NCBI GenBank assembly: GCA_018402155.1
Contig: JAGYJG010000001.1
Span: forward strand, 290,831 to 354,830
DNA: 64,000 nt
Direction of reading: 5' to 3'
From: Bacteroidia bacterium
GTDB lineage: Bacteria > Bacteroidota > Bacteroidia > NS11-12g > UBA9320
The notes under the pieces were generated by a model. That model was not told where the DNA came from, ran no database searches, and was given only the letters and a program-made list of their open reading frames with translations. Position numbers and translations under genes: made by a program. Of the stretch, positions 31,073-40,344 are shown one piece after another (the first letter of the stretch is position 1; every line of letters begins with the position of its first letter).

Positions 31073-31834
31073 TTAAGCTGCTTTTTTGGAAGATGAAATA
31101 GCAATATTGTATACTACTAAACCAAAACCAATTTTGTTGATAGCGTCAGCAATGTTGTAGAATAAATCAACATTTTGTGATCCCCATCCAAAAGCGGTAT
31201 TCAACCATCCACCTGGCATACACATGTAACCTATTGGGTAAATAGCCCATCCTACAAGTACGAACCAAGCCAAAATACGAACTCCTGTCTTAACTACTTC
31301 GCTTTCGCTATTTTTTGCTAGTTGAGCAACTTCACCGAACCAAGCAGTGTAAAGAATGTAAATATATCCAATCGTAGATATAACACCCCACATTACTGAG
31401 TGACTGGTTGCTCCATCGCTTGGGCTTCCGTCAGCGTTCAATGGTACAAAGGCTTCACCTATGTAACCAGCTACTAGCATTAATACTGAAGCTAAAATTA
31501 GCTTCCATAAAAGATCAACTTTTGCACCAGCTGCTTTGGTCAACAAATAAAACTCCACACACATCAATGGTACGGTCAACGTCCAGTCAATGTAACGCAA
31601 AACAGTTGGGTTGTCACCAGTTGCTACATAGTAATCTCGCATGTAGTAGTAATGTACCGCTGCGATGAATGTGATAAGACCGGAAACTAACAAAGATAAT
31701 TTCCATTTGTCGTCTACTCTACTCCTTTCAAAAAAGAAGAAAATTGAAGCTGCAAGCATAGCCATGTAGCCTGTGAAGAAAGTAAATGCAACTGCATCGT
31801 CTTTCGGAATCGTTAAAATGTCATTTAAAATCAT
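31073..31834 (-). CDS. proteorhodopsin (green-absorbing-type, light-driven proton pump)
   Basis: 253 aa, 7 TM; helix C RYIDWTLTVPLMCVEFY gives D97/T101/E108 (DTE) and M105; H75 in …AAVHYYYMRDYY; W..YP in WAIYPIGY; Schiff-base Lys and counterion in NIADAINKIGFG. Confidence 0.9.
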   Translation of the reverse strand: MILNDILTIPKDDAVAFTFFTGYMAMLAASIFFFFERSRVDDKWKLSLLVSGLITFIAAVHYYYMRDYYVATGDNPTVLRYIDWTLTVPLMCVEFYLLTKAAGAKVDLLWKLILASVLMLVAGYIGEAFVPLNADGSPSDGATSHSVMWGVISTIGYIYILYTAWFGEVAQLAKNSESEVVKTGVRILAWFVLVGWAIYPIGYMCMPGGWLNTAFGWGSQNVDLFYNIADAINKIGFGLVVYNIAISSSKKAA

Positions 31835-31858
31835 AATTTTTATTATATTTAAGGTTCA

Positions 31859-31866
31859 CAAAAATA
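31859..31866 (-). promoter_or_regulatory. candidate -7 promoter element (TATTTTTG on minus strand) for proteorhodopsin
   Basis: matches Bacteroidetes TAnnTTTG, 24 nt upstream of PR ATG. Confidence 0.3.
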
Positions 31867-32285
31867 ACAGAAAGTGTTTAAGAATGTTTTTTTTTTTTGA
31901 GTTTAGTGAGTAATTTTTTGTTATATTACTGAAAATTAGAGATATAACATTTAAAAAAAATTTGAACTTTTTTTCAGAAATGCAAGTTTTATAACAATTT
32001 TTTTATGATGTTTATCCATAAAAATGGTATTTCTGTCATGCTTTTTGGTCAAAATTTTCATATCCTTTATTTGCAAAATGAGTCGATGGTGAAGATTTAT
32101 GTCAATTTGATGCTTGGTATTAGAATAATAGCTAGCGTGCGTCAGCCTCGAAAATTATGATTTACTGTTTCACACCTCTGGAATTAAGAGATTTTGATAA
32201 TCAAAAAACGTTACTAATTATCAAAGCTTTATTTTGTGTTTTGAAATTGAGCTCAATATATAATATGCACAGCTTTCACGATAGT

Positions 32286-32318
32286 GGTAGAATGTGATCT
32301 GCTCTACCCGTGTTTTTT
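32286..32318 (+). terminator. terminator-like hairpin + T-tract on + strand with no annotated + strand gene upstream
   Basis: GGTAGA-11 nt loop-TCTACC then CCGTGTTTTTT; lies in the 490-bp PR/yhhQ intergenic region where both flanking genes are on minus strand. Confidence 0.25.
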
Positions 32319-32324
32319 CAATGC

Positions 32325-33074
32325 CTATTTTTTCATACTGTCAGCCAATTCTTCGCCAAGGTATTTATCTATCAAAAAATGAGCCAGATAGATAACAGGA
32401 GTAAGTACCACTGCTACAAAAAACTTGTAGAAGTAATTGGTAAGCCCTACCGCAAAAACCAACGCCCAGCTCCAGTTTGCTCCAAGTTTAAATGCAATAA
32501 TTAAAACAACGAAGCTATCAATAAACTGACTTACAAGTGTGCTCCCAGTGGCCCTTAGCCAAATTTTTCCTTCTCCTGTCATTTGTTTCAACCGTTGAAA
32601 TACATATACATCTATTAACTGCCCTATTAAAAAAGCAACCAGAGAACCTAAAATAATCCAAAGCCCCTGTCCAAAAATTTGAGCAAAAGCGATTTGAAAG
32701 TTTGGCACACCGCTACTCGCTGCGCTAGTTATCCACCATTCGGCTGGGGCTAGATGTATAGCCAGATAAACCATAGCAAATGCATAGCTTACGAGTACTG
32801 CTGTTATGTAAGATAAATAACGTACCCCTCTTATCCCATAATATTCGTTTATAATATCCGTCATTACAAATACAATGGGCCATAAAACTACTCCAGCTTT
32901 TAGGTTTAGACTCATGTGCTCACCAAGTAGTTTGTAACTGAGCGGAGTTATGCCAAGCGTGCCCTCTAATGAAAATATTTTAACACCAATAAACTCAGCT
33001 AAAAGAGCATTGGTTATAAATATTACACTTAGTATAAGAAATAAACGGGTATCTTTTTTTTGAAAAATGTTCAT
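32325..33074 (-). CDS. queuosine precursor transporter, YhhQ/VUT (DUF165) family
   Basis: 249 aa; 6-7 TM; N-terminus and overall pattern typical of YhhQ-family membrane proteins. Confidence 0.6.
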   Translation of the reverse strand: MNIFQKKDTRLFLILSVIFITNALLAEFIGVKIFSLEGTLGITPLSYKLLGEHMSLNLKAGVVLWPIVFVMTDIINEYYGIRGVRYLSYITAVLVSYAFAMVYLAIHLAPAEWWITSAASSGVPNFQIAFAQIFGQGLWIILGSLVAFLIGQLIDVYVFQRLKQMTGEGKIWLRATGSTLVSQFIDSFVVLIIAFKLGANWSWALVFAVGLTNYFYKFFVAVVLTPVIYLAHFLIDKYLGEELADSMKK

Positions 33075-33140
33075 TTATGTGGCTATAATTAAACTACTGT
33101 GGAAACAAAGGTGCAATCGTTCTCGTAAGCGTATTTAATA

Positions 33141-34157
33141 TTGCAACATTGTATGATGAAAATAGTTTTTAGTATATCATTTGTTATTTTTACTTGGGCA
33201 GCTTGTGCTCAAGATGCCATATCATATTATAACTCAGGCATAGACAAGTTTGAAGAAGGTAATATGCTCGGAGCTATAAAAGACTTCGACTCCGCACTAG
33301 TCAATAATCCAATGATGGCAGAGGCGTATTGGGGCCGTGGTAGTGTCTATGCAGAAATGCAAGAGTTTGGCAATGCCCTAAAAGATCTGAATAAGTGCAT
33401 AGAAGTAGATCCCGGTGTTGTGGATGCTTTTTACAATAGAGCATACATTTATATGGCTATGGCAGAGCAGCAAAAAGCACTAAACGACCTCAACATGTAT
33501 TGCCTAATGAGACCAAAGGATATCAATGGATATTTGTCTCGACTTGATATTTTGGTAAAAAATTCGATGCATAAAGAAGCATTTCAAGATATGGAAACAA
33601 TAGCCGGTTTAGAGGCTAATGCACCTGGAGAATATGTACAACGTGCTCGCGTAAAATACTTGATGAAAGATACTGTTGGTTCTATCAAAGATTTAGATGA
33701 AGGCATTAAATTGGCGCCTGGATTTATGGATGCATATTTTTTAAGAGGTAAATACAACTATGAATTTGGCTTTTACAACAAAGCGTTGCAAGACTTCAAT
33801 ATTTACTTGCTGACCAACCAAACTGACCACGAAGCTTATGTTATACGTGGCGAATGCTTTGCACGTCAAGGAGATTATAGCCTAGCGGCAAATGACTATA
33901 CTAAAGCTATTGACATAGAGGGAGAAAATCCGACCTACTACTTTGACCGTGGCTTTTTTTATATTCAGTTAGAAGAATATGAACAAGCTCAAAAAGATTT
34001 TAAAAAAGCTATATACTTTAACCACAATGATATACGGTTGGCCTATTACAATTTGGGGATAGCAGAATATAGACTAGGAAACAAGGAAGATGCATGTAAT
34101 TACTGGCAAAAATCTGAATCGCTAGGTGTAGACTACCTTACTAAGTACTGCCTTTAG
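33141..34157 (+). CDS. tetratricopeptide (TPR) repeat protein, secreted
   Basis: 338 aa; signal peptide; repeated AYxxRGxxY/ALxDxxKAI TPR units. Confidence 0.7.
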   Translation: MQHCMMKIVFSISFVIFTWAACAQDAISYYNSGIDKFEEGNMLGAIKDFDSALVNNPMMAEAYWGRGSVYAEMQEFGNALKDLNKCIEVDPGVVDAFYNRAYIYMAMAEQQKALNDLNMYCLMRPKDINGYLSRLDILVKNSMHKEAFQDMETIAGLEANAPGEYVQRARVKYLMKDTVGSIKDLDEGIKLAPGFMDAYFLRGKYNYEFGFYNKALQDFNIYLLTNQTDHEAYVIRGECFARQGDYSLAANDYTKAIDIEGENPTYYFDRGFFYIQLEEYEQAQKDFKKAIYFNHNDIRLAYYNLGIAEYRLGNKEDACNYWQKSESLGVDYLTKYCL

Positions 34158-34347
34158 TGACTGTGTACTTTTGAGCCCACTTGACTGCGGAAATAGGGGA
34201 CGACTTGGTGAGATTATAATGCGTAGACTTGCAATGACCAAGTCTGCTAACCAAACGAGCGTTGCATTAGTGAAGGGCAAAGTAACCCCACTAACCCAAC
34301 AAAAATAGCAGATGGAAGACAGTCTTAGTCAATTTATAACCTTACTA

Positions 34348-35094
34348 TCACTTTAGCTCAAAAATACCAAATTTGCTTATACCCCATTTTGCTAGTCGGT
34401 ATTGAATAGATACCAATAACACACCTAGACCATAAATCGAGCTTCGTTTTAAATTGATGGAGCTCGCATCGTCAAAATATTTGGTAGGACAAGTTACTTC
34501 GCCTATTTCAAAACCTGCAAAAAACACCTGAGCTGTCATTTGATTATCGAACACAAAGTCATCAGAGTTTTTTTCTATGTCTATTTTTTGAAATATCTTA
34601 GTGTCAAATGCACGATAGCCTGTGTGGTACTCGCTCAGTTTTTGGTTTATAACTATGTTTTGAAACAACGTTAAAATTCTATTTGCTATGTACTTGTACC
34701 AGGGCATTCCTCCTTTTATGGCTCCTTTTCCTAGTATTCTGCTGGCATATACTGCCGGGAAAACGCCGTTGGCAATAATGCTACACATACTTTTTACTAG
34801 AAGTGGGGTGTATTGATAGTCTGGGTGTACCATAATGACTATATCCGCACCTATCTCTATGGCCTTGGTATAACAGCTTTTTTGGTTGCCACCATAGCCT
34901 TTGTTTTGGTCATGAATGATTACGTGATTTACTCCAATACGTTCTGCCAAAGCAGCCGTGTCATCCTTACTAGCATCGTCTACCAGTATGGTCTCGTCTA
35001 CTATGTCGAAGGGGAGTTCGTGGTATGTTTTTTCCAGTGTTTTAGCTGCGTTGTACGCCGGAAAAACTACGACTACCTTTTTGCCGTCTATCAT
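34348..35094 (-). CDS. glycosyltransferase family 2 (dolichyl-phosphate sugar transferase-like)
   Basis: start moved to internal Met (MIDGKKVVVVFPAYNAA…LVDDASKD) whose ATG overlaps nhaD stop as ATGA; longer ORF N-terminus looks non-coding. Confidence 0.65.
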   Translation of the reverse strand: MIDGKKVVVVFPAYNAAKTLEKTYHELPFDIVDETILVDDASKDDTAALAERIGVNHVIIHDQNKGYGGNQKSCYTKAIEIGADIVIMVHPDYQYTPLLVKSMCSIIANGVFPAVYASRILGKGAIKGGMPWYKYIANRILTLFQNIVINQKLSEYHTGYRAFDTKIFQKIDIEKNSDDFVFDNQMTAQVFFAGFEIGEVTCPTKYFDDASSINLKRSSIYGLGVLLVSIQYRLAKWGISKFGIFELK

Positions 35095-36416
35095 AGAAAC
35101 ATTAAGTAATAAACCATAGCACCTGAGAGATAGCCGATAATAGCCAACCAGCTGATTTTTTTTAGGTACCACATAAAGTCTATTTTTTCTAAACCCATGG
35201 CGGCTACTCCAGCAGCAGAGCCTATTATAAGTGCACTACCTCCTGTACCCGCACAGTAGGCCAATAACTCCCAAAAGTGACCGTTAGCTGCAAAAACCCC
35301 TGATTGGGCTATATCGTACATACCCTGTGCTGCGGCTACAAGAGGCACGTTATCTACGATACTCGATAAAAGACCTATCACAATATTTATAGAGAAAATA
35401 TTCCCACCAAAGCCTTTGTCAAGTGCCATTGCAGCCGTTTTTAGGTGGCCAAATTCTTGAAGTGCTGACACAGCCATTAGTATTCCCAAAAAGAATAACA
35501 CACTAGCAACATCTATTTTTTGCAGTACACTTATTACACTGAGAGATTGCTTGTCAGCCTTGCTTTTCCCCTTGTGCATAATTTCGGTAACGGTCCATAT
35601 AACACCCAAACTAAGCATCATCCCCATGAAAGGAGGTAGATGGGTTACTGTTTTGAACACGGGCACGAAAACCAGACCCAATATACCAAGAATAAATACA
35701 GTTAACCGTTCGCTAGATGATGTTTCAGTATGGTAGTGGTCCGTATTTTCTAGTTTATCTGGTCGCTCTACTTGCCCTTTGAAGGTGAAACTTAAAATAG
35801 TGAGGGGCATCAATAAGGCGACCATACTTGGAATTATAAGATTTACGATAATATTTGGAACGTTGGGTAGTTGACCTTTTATCCAAAGCATAGTAGTAGT
35901 GACGTCACCTATTGGTGACCAAGCGCCACCTGCATTTGCAGCTATTACTACCATTCCTACAAATACCCACCGAGTTTTTTGATCTTTTACAAGCTTTCTT
36001 AATAAAGACACCATAACGATAGTAGTGGTAAGATTATCTAATGCCGCAGAGAAAAAGAAGGTTAGTATACATATAATCCAAAGTAGTTTGGTAATATCTT
36101 TAGTTTTTATCCTATCCGTGATTACCGCAAATCCTTCGTGAGCATCAACTAACTCTACAATAGTCATAGCGCCCATCAAAAAGAAAAGGATATTGGCAAT
36201 ATCATACATATGGTGGTATAATCCACCGTTTCCATCGGCTCCGTGCTCTATAATGTGGATCACATCGTGACCGTCTCCGCCAAGGGAGAAGACGTATATA
36301 GCCCAGCATATCATTCCAGTGACTAATGCACTGGCTGCTTTGTCTATTTTTAGAGGATGCTCTAGTGCTATTGCTGCATAGCCAAGCACAAAAACTATGA
36401 TGATGAGTGTCGCCAT
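35091..36416 (-). CDS. nhaD: Na+/H+ antiporter NhaD / ArsB-NhaD permease family
   Basis: 441 aa, 11-13 TM, NhaD-like N-terminus MATLIIIVFVLGYAAIALEHPLKIDKA. Confidence 0.65.
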   Translation of the reverse strand: MATLIIIVFVLGYAAIALEHPLKIDKAASALVTGMICWAIYVFSLGGDGHDVIHIIEHGADGNGGLYHHMYDIANILFFLMGAMTIVELVDAHEGFAVITDRIKTKDITKLLWIICILTFFFSAALDNLTTTIVMVSLLRKLVKDQKTRWVFVGMVVIAANAGGAWSPIGDVTTTMLWIKGQLPNVPNIIVNLIIPSMVALLMPLTILSFTFKGQVERPDKLENTDHYHTETSSSERLTVFILGILGLVFVPVFKTVTHLPPFMGMMLSLGVIWTVTEIMHKGKSKADKQSLSVISVLQKIDVASVLFFLGILMAVSALQEFGHLKTAAMALDKGFGGNIFSINIVIGLLSSIVDNVPLVAAAQGMYDIAQSGVFAANGHFWELLAYCAGTGGSALIIGSAAGVAAMGLEKIDFMWYLKKISWLAIIGYLSGAMVYYLMFL

Positions 36417-36422
36417 TTTCTG

Positions 36423-36881
36423 TTATTTTGGTGGCAAAAAAAAGGTTTTTATTTCACTATATGGTGGGATTTCTGTCAGAATTTTCAGCTCCTGTCTTAC
36501 TCTTGCTATAAAAACATGTTGGATACCATTGGTTAGTAATACAAAGGGTGCTTCTTGCAGGTGAATATATCCTAGGACTTGGTCTAGTGTTTTTTGAGTT
36601 ATTTTTACATCGGGCGCTTTACACTCCATCAGCATCTCAGGTTTTCCACTTTTGTCGTATAAAACAGCGTCGTATCTTTTTTGGCTTTTCGGTAAGGCGC
36701 GTTCTATGCTTATTCTGCTTGCGGTCCATCCTTGTTTTATAAGGTGATGAACGGCATGCTGGCGCACCCACTCTTCTGGAGTAAGCAGCACATACTTTTT
36801 GCGCACAATGTCGAAAATGAGATTTTTTCCATTATTATCTTCTTTTACTTGAAAGTTAAATTTTTCGAAGTTTAATTGCAC
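36423..36881 (-). CDS. type I restriction enzyme HsdR N-terminal domain-containing protein (stand-alone)
   Basis: 152 aa; GTG start; motifs TPEEWVRQ…RISIER…D-(x)n-ECK shared with the Mrr/PD-(D/E)xK-like HsdR_N family. Confidence 0.55.
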   Translation of the reverse strand: MQLNFEKFNFQVKEDNNGKNLIFDIVRKKYVLLTPEEWVRQHAVHHLIKQGWTASRISIERALPKSQKRYDAVLYDKSGKPEMLMECKAPDVKITQKTLDQVLGYIHLQEAPFVLLTNGIQHVFIARVRQELKILTEIPPYSEIKTFFLPPK

Positions 36882-36899
36882 AACTATTTAATTAAAAGA

Positions 36900-37925
36900 A
36901 TGGCCAAAGGTACAAGTTCATATAATGATTTCAATACATTAATGCAGCAACTGCAGAACAAGCAGGTGGCACCTGTTTATCTTTTGCAAGGTGAGGAGTA
37001 CCGCATGCTAGAGCAGTTGCTGACTAAAATAGAGGAAGTAGTTCTGGATGAAAGTACTAAAAGTTTCAATTATCATCTTTTTTATGGCAAAGAAACTACG
37101 TCAACAGACATACTAAACGTAGCACGTAGATTCCCAATGACGGCAGAAAAGCAGCTAGTAGTCTATAAAGAAGCACAGTACTGTCGTGCGCCAGATGATA
37201 TGTTAGAGTACCTTAATAATCCAGTGCCTAGTACAGTATTGGTGTGGTATCATCCGGGTAAAAAAATAGCAAGTAATCGTAAGATAGCTAAAGCGTTTAC
37301 GACTGCAGGTGTTGTATTTAATGCGGATGCAGTGTCAGAAAAACAAGTGATACCCGTGGTCACGCAATATATAAAAGACGCCGGATATGACATAGAGCCT
37401 AAGCCGCTGCATATGCTCGTAGAAAATAGTGGAGGAGCTTTTAGTGTCATTTTAAAAGAACTGGATAAGGTTTTTCATAATGTAGATAAAGGAAGTAAAA
37501 TTCGCTTAGAGCATATAGAGCGGTATGTAGGTATTAACAAAAATTACAATATATTCAGTTTGCAAAATGCCTTGGCCAAAAAACAACGTGTAAAAGCCAT
37601 TGAGATTCTTAATTTTTTTACTGCCAATATCAACAATCATCCCGTACCGCTTATGGTAGGAGCTTTGTTTAGTTATTTCAGAAAAGTAGCTACCGTACAA
37701 AGTTTGCGGGGTCGTACAGATAAAGAGATAATGACCCTGGTAGGTATTTCGTTTTATCATATTGGGGAATATCGCGAAGCTTCCCGAAATTTTGAAGGAA
37801 GAAAAATAGTAAAAGTTATAGAAGCACTAAATGATTGCGATTTAAAATTTAAAGGTATTAAGGAATCTGCAGGTGGTCACGCAGCTATTTTTGAAGAGAC
37901 AATTTTGAAAATTTTAGCTCTGTGA
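36900..37925 (+). CDS. holA: DNA polymerase III subunit delta
   Basis: ATG 36900 (MAKGTSSYND…VAPVYLLQGEEY) preferred over TTG 36876 of the ORF track. Confidence 0.65.
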   Translation: MAKGTSSYNDFNTLMQQLQNKQVAPVYLLQGEEYRMLEQLLTKIEEVVLDESTKSFNYHLFYGKETTSTDILNVARRFPMTAEKQLVVYKEAQYCRAPDDMLEYLNNPVPSTVLVWYHPGKKIASNRKIAKAFTTAGVVFNADAVSEKQVIPVVTQYIKDAGYDIEPKPLHMLVENSGGAFSVILKELDKVFHNVDKGSKIRLEHIERYVGINKNYNIFSLQNALAKKQRVKAIEILNFFTANINNHPVPLMVGALFSYFRKVATVQSLRGRTDKEIMTLVGISFYHIGEYREASRNFEGRKIVKVIEALNDCDLKFKGIKESAGGHAAIFEETILKILAL

Positions 37926-38002
37926 TAAAAATGGCTAGATTATTATTATGTTATTTAAAAATTATGTAATTTGCCGCCCATTAAAATTAAACGATTAAAC
38001 AA

Positions 38003-39970
38003 ATGAAAAAAACGTTACTCACTGCGTTATGTACAACGCCATTTTTGCTATTTGCGCAAAACCAAATGAAAGAGCTGCCTGTGCCAAAGGCTATTGATGT
38101 GAAAGTTAGTGCAGAGCACTTGCGAGTAACGGATAATGAGATACCCTTAGGTCATATGCCTGGAAGCTCAGTTTTTGAACAAAAAACTAAAAAAGATAAA
38201 AACTATAGCAGTGTGTTACTCGGCAAAACCTATTATGATTTGCAAACAAATTCTAGCCCAGGAAGACGTATAGTACTGCATCCAGACGGAACTATAAGTG
38301 CAGTGTGGACTGCTAGTCCTGACGCAGGCACGGGCTACCCAAATAGAGGCACCGGCTATAATTTTTTTGATGGATCTACATGGCTAACAGATAGAGACAA
38401 TAGTATAGAAACAGCAGGCCGTACAGGATGGCCATCTATTATGCTGCTAGATGACGGTAGAGAGAGAATTTTGGCACATGAAGCAGGTACAGGAGGTTTT
38501 ATAGCCACTACAAATAGTGCCAAAGGAAGTACAGACTTTACAAGTGTTGGTCCAATTTTAGACGATGAGACCGAAGTAAATGTAAATAGAGTACCCATTT
38601 GGAATAGAAGTGTTGCTTCTAATGGAAAAATACATACGATTGCAAACTACTGGGTAAGCGAAGACGCCAATGTACCATTGGTAATCATAAATGGAGTTGC
38701 TAGCCCTACCACTTACAGTCGCTGGGATGTGGCAGGAGATACTGCTGATATATCTCATAGTATCTTACCTGGTTTTGATTCTACACGGTACGAGAGTGGA
38801 GCAGGTGACCGATACGCCATAGATTCGCGAGATAGTATAGTGGCTATTCTAATAGGAGGCTTGGGTGAACCCGTTTCGTTGTGGAAGAGTACAGATAATG
38901 GAACAAGTTGGACCTACACTGATGTAGATAGTATACCTTTTAAAGGGCCGCGTAAAAATCAAGAGCTGATACTAAGCGGAGATACAGTAAATACAAATGA
39001 TGGATCTTTGGACGTAATGATAGATGCCAATGGAGATGTGCACGCTTTCTACGGAAGAGGTCGTATTCTAGGAGGTCTAGATCAAAGTGGAGATAGTTCA
39101 TTTTTCTTTTTTCCTGCTCAAACTGCACTGATGCATTGGAAAGAAGGAGACAGAGAGCCCAAAATAGCGGGTACTGCTTTTGATCAAAATGGTAATGGAG
39201 AGCTGGATATCAACGCAGAAACTTTTCAGTTTTTGGATGCCAATAACAACGTGCCAAACAATTTACTTTCGGCTGCGCGCACAGGTTCTACATCACTTGT
39301 TACTATGCCTAGTGCTAGCGTAGATGCAGAGGGCAATTTATTCGTAGTTTACTCTGCACCGGTAGAGGAGGCAGTACACTTTTTGAATGCTAATTTTAGA
39401 GATATATTTGTCTCTTACTCTACGGATGGAGGAGCTACTTGGAATGGCCCACAAAATATAACAAAAAGAGGCACTGCAGAGTGTAATTTTCCTTGCGTAG
39501 CAAAGGTGACCAATGATTTTCTTCACCTTATTTGGCAAGAAGATGCAACACCAGGAACCCATCTGCAGAATCATTCGGCCTCTGCTGGAACGCACCCTAA
39601 TGATGTTAGCTACATAAACTACGCTGCTGTGCCTGTTACAGATATTTTGAACAATGTAGTAGGGACGGAATTGACTAACGTAAACGAAGGAGATTTCGGT
39701 AAAGATGCAGAGGTCTTTGTGGTGAGCCAAAATCAGCCAAATCCGTTTACCAGCTCATCTGAAGTTATTATTTATTTAAGAGATGCTTCGCAACTTACCC
39801 TCACAGTTACTGACTTGTTGGGTAATATAGTAAATACCGGTGATCTCGGTATTTTGACTCGAGGAAATCATACGGTTACTATAGACGCTTCTACGCTTAG
39901 TGCAGGTATGTATTTCTACACTATTGCAAGTGAAAAAAATAGTATTACAAAAAGAATGCAAGTTAATTAA
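38003..39970 (+). CDS. BNR/Asp-box repeat protein with T9SS C-terminal sorting domain
   Basis: 655 aa; signal peptide; Asp-box motifs KSTDNGTSW and YSTDGGATW; C-terminal …NQPNPFTSSSEVIIYL…GMYFYTI… CTD. Confidence 0.6.
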   Translation: MKKTLLTALCTTPFLLFAQNQMKELPVPKAIDVKVSAEHLRVTDNEIPLGHMPGSSVFEQKTKKDKNYSSVLLGKTYYDLQTNSSPGRRIVLHPDGTISAVWTASPDAGTGYPNRGTGYNFFDGSTWLTDRDNSIETAGRTGWPSIMLLDDGRERILAHEAGTGGFIATTNSAKGSTDFTSVGPILDDETEVNVNRVPIWNRSVASNGKIHTIANYWVSEDANVPLVIINGVASPTTYSRWDVAGDTADISHSILPGFDSTRYESGAGDRYAIDSRDSIVAILIGGLGEPVSLWKSTDNGTSWTYTDVDSIPFKGPRKNQELILSGDTVNTNDGSLDVMIDANGDVHAFYGRGRILGGLDQSGDSSFFFFPAQTALMHWKEGDREPKIAGTAFDQNGNGELDINAETFQFLDANNNVPNNLLSAARTGSTSLVTMPSASVDAEGNLFVVYSAPVEEAVHFLNANFRDIFVSYSTDGGATWNGPQNITKRGTAECNFPCVAKVTNDFLHLIWQEDATPGTHLQNHSASAGTHPNDVSYINYAAVPVTDILNNVVGTELTNVNEGDFGKDAEVFVVSQNQPNPFTSSSEVIIYLRDASQLTLTVTDLLGNIVNTGDLGILTRGNHTVTIDASTLSAGMYFYTIASEKNSITKRMQVN

Positions 39971-40113
39971 ATATAGTACTTCTTTTTGGGGCTTTCCTGA
40001 TTAGATAAAAAATGTGTCTTGCGAAGTGCAAGGCACATTTTTTTTTGAAAATAATTTGAAAACAAATTATTATAGTCGTACATTTGCAGCCCTTCAAAAC
40101 GGAGAAGAAATAA

Positions 40114-40195
40114 GCGGGCGTGGTGAAATTGGTAGACACGCTAGACTTAGGATCTAGTGCCGCAAGGTGTGAAGGTTCGAGTCCTTTCGCCCGCA
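40114..40195 (+). tRNA. tRNA-Leu (anticodon TAG)
   Basis: GCGGGCG acceptor stem, D-arm TGGTGAAATTGGTAGACA, anticodon loop CTTAGGA, long variable arm, T-arm GGTTCGAGTCC; no encoded CCA. Confidence 0.85.
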
Positions 40196-40214
40196 CTGTG
40201 CGATACAGTTTGAC

Positions 40215-40247
40215 AAAACCCTGGTAATACAGGGTTTTGTTTTTTTA
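40215..40247 (+). terminator. intrinsic terminator after tRNA-Leu
   Basis: AAAACCCTG-GTAATA-CAGGGTTTT followed by GTTTTTTT. Confidence 0.6.
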
Positions 40248-40344
40248 AAATATTTCTCTTTGTTTGGAAGCCATAAAAAAAGTTTAACAGTAAGTAAGTT
40301 TTAATAACACACTCTCAATAATAACCTTTAATAATTATATTTCA

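Noticed and set aside
33075-33140. Possible preQ1 riboswitch upstream of the yhhQ-family queuosine-precursor transporter
   Set aside because: Only 66 bp of upstream sequence, and no convincing preQ1-I/II stem-loop plus A-rich tail could be found by eye.
36876-36902. Apparent overlapping divergent start codons of the HsdR_N gene and holA
   Set aside because: The overlap is created by alternative TTG/GTG starts in the ORF track; an in-frame ATG at 36900 gives a more typical holA N-terminus, leaving a normal short divergent gap.
39963-40196. 77-aa minus-strand ORF overlapping the tRNA-Leu gene
   Set aside because: It fully overlaps a well-formed tRNA and its terminator; spurious ORF.
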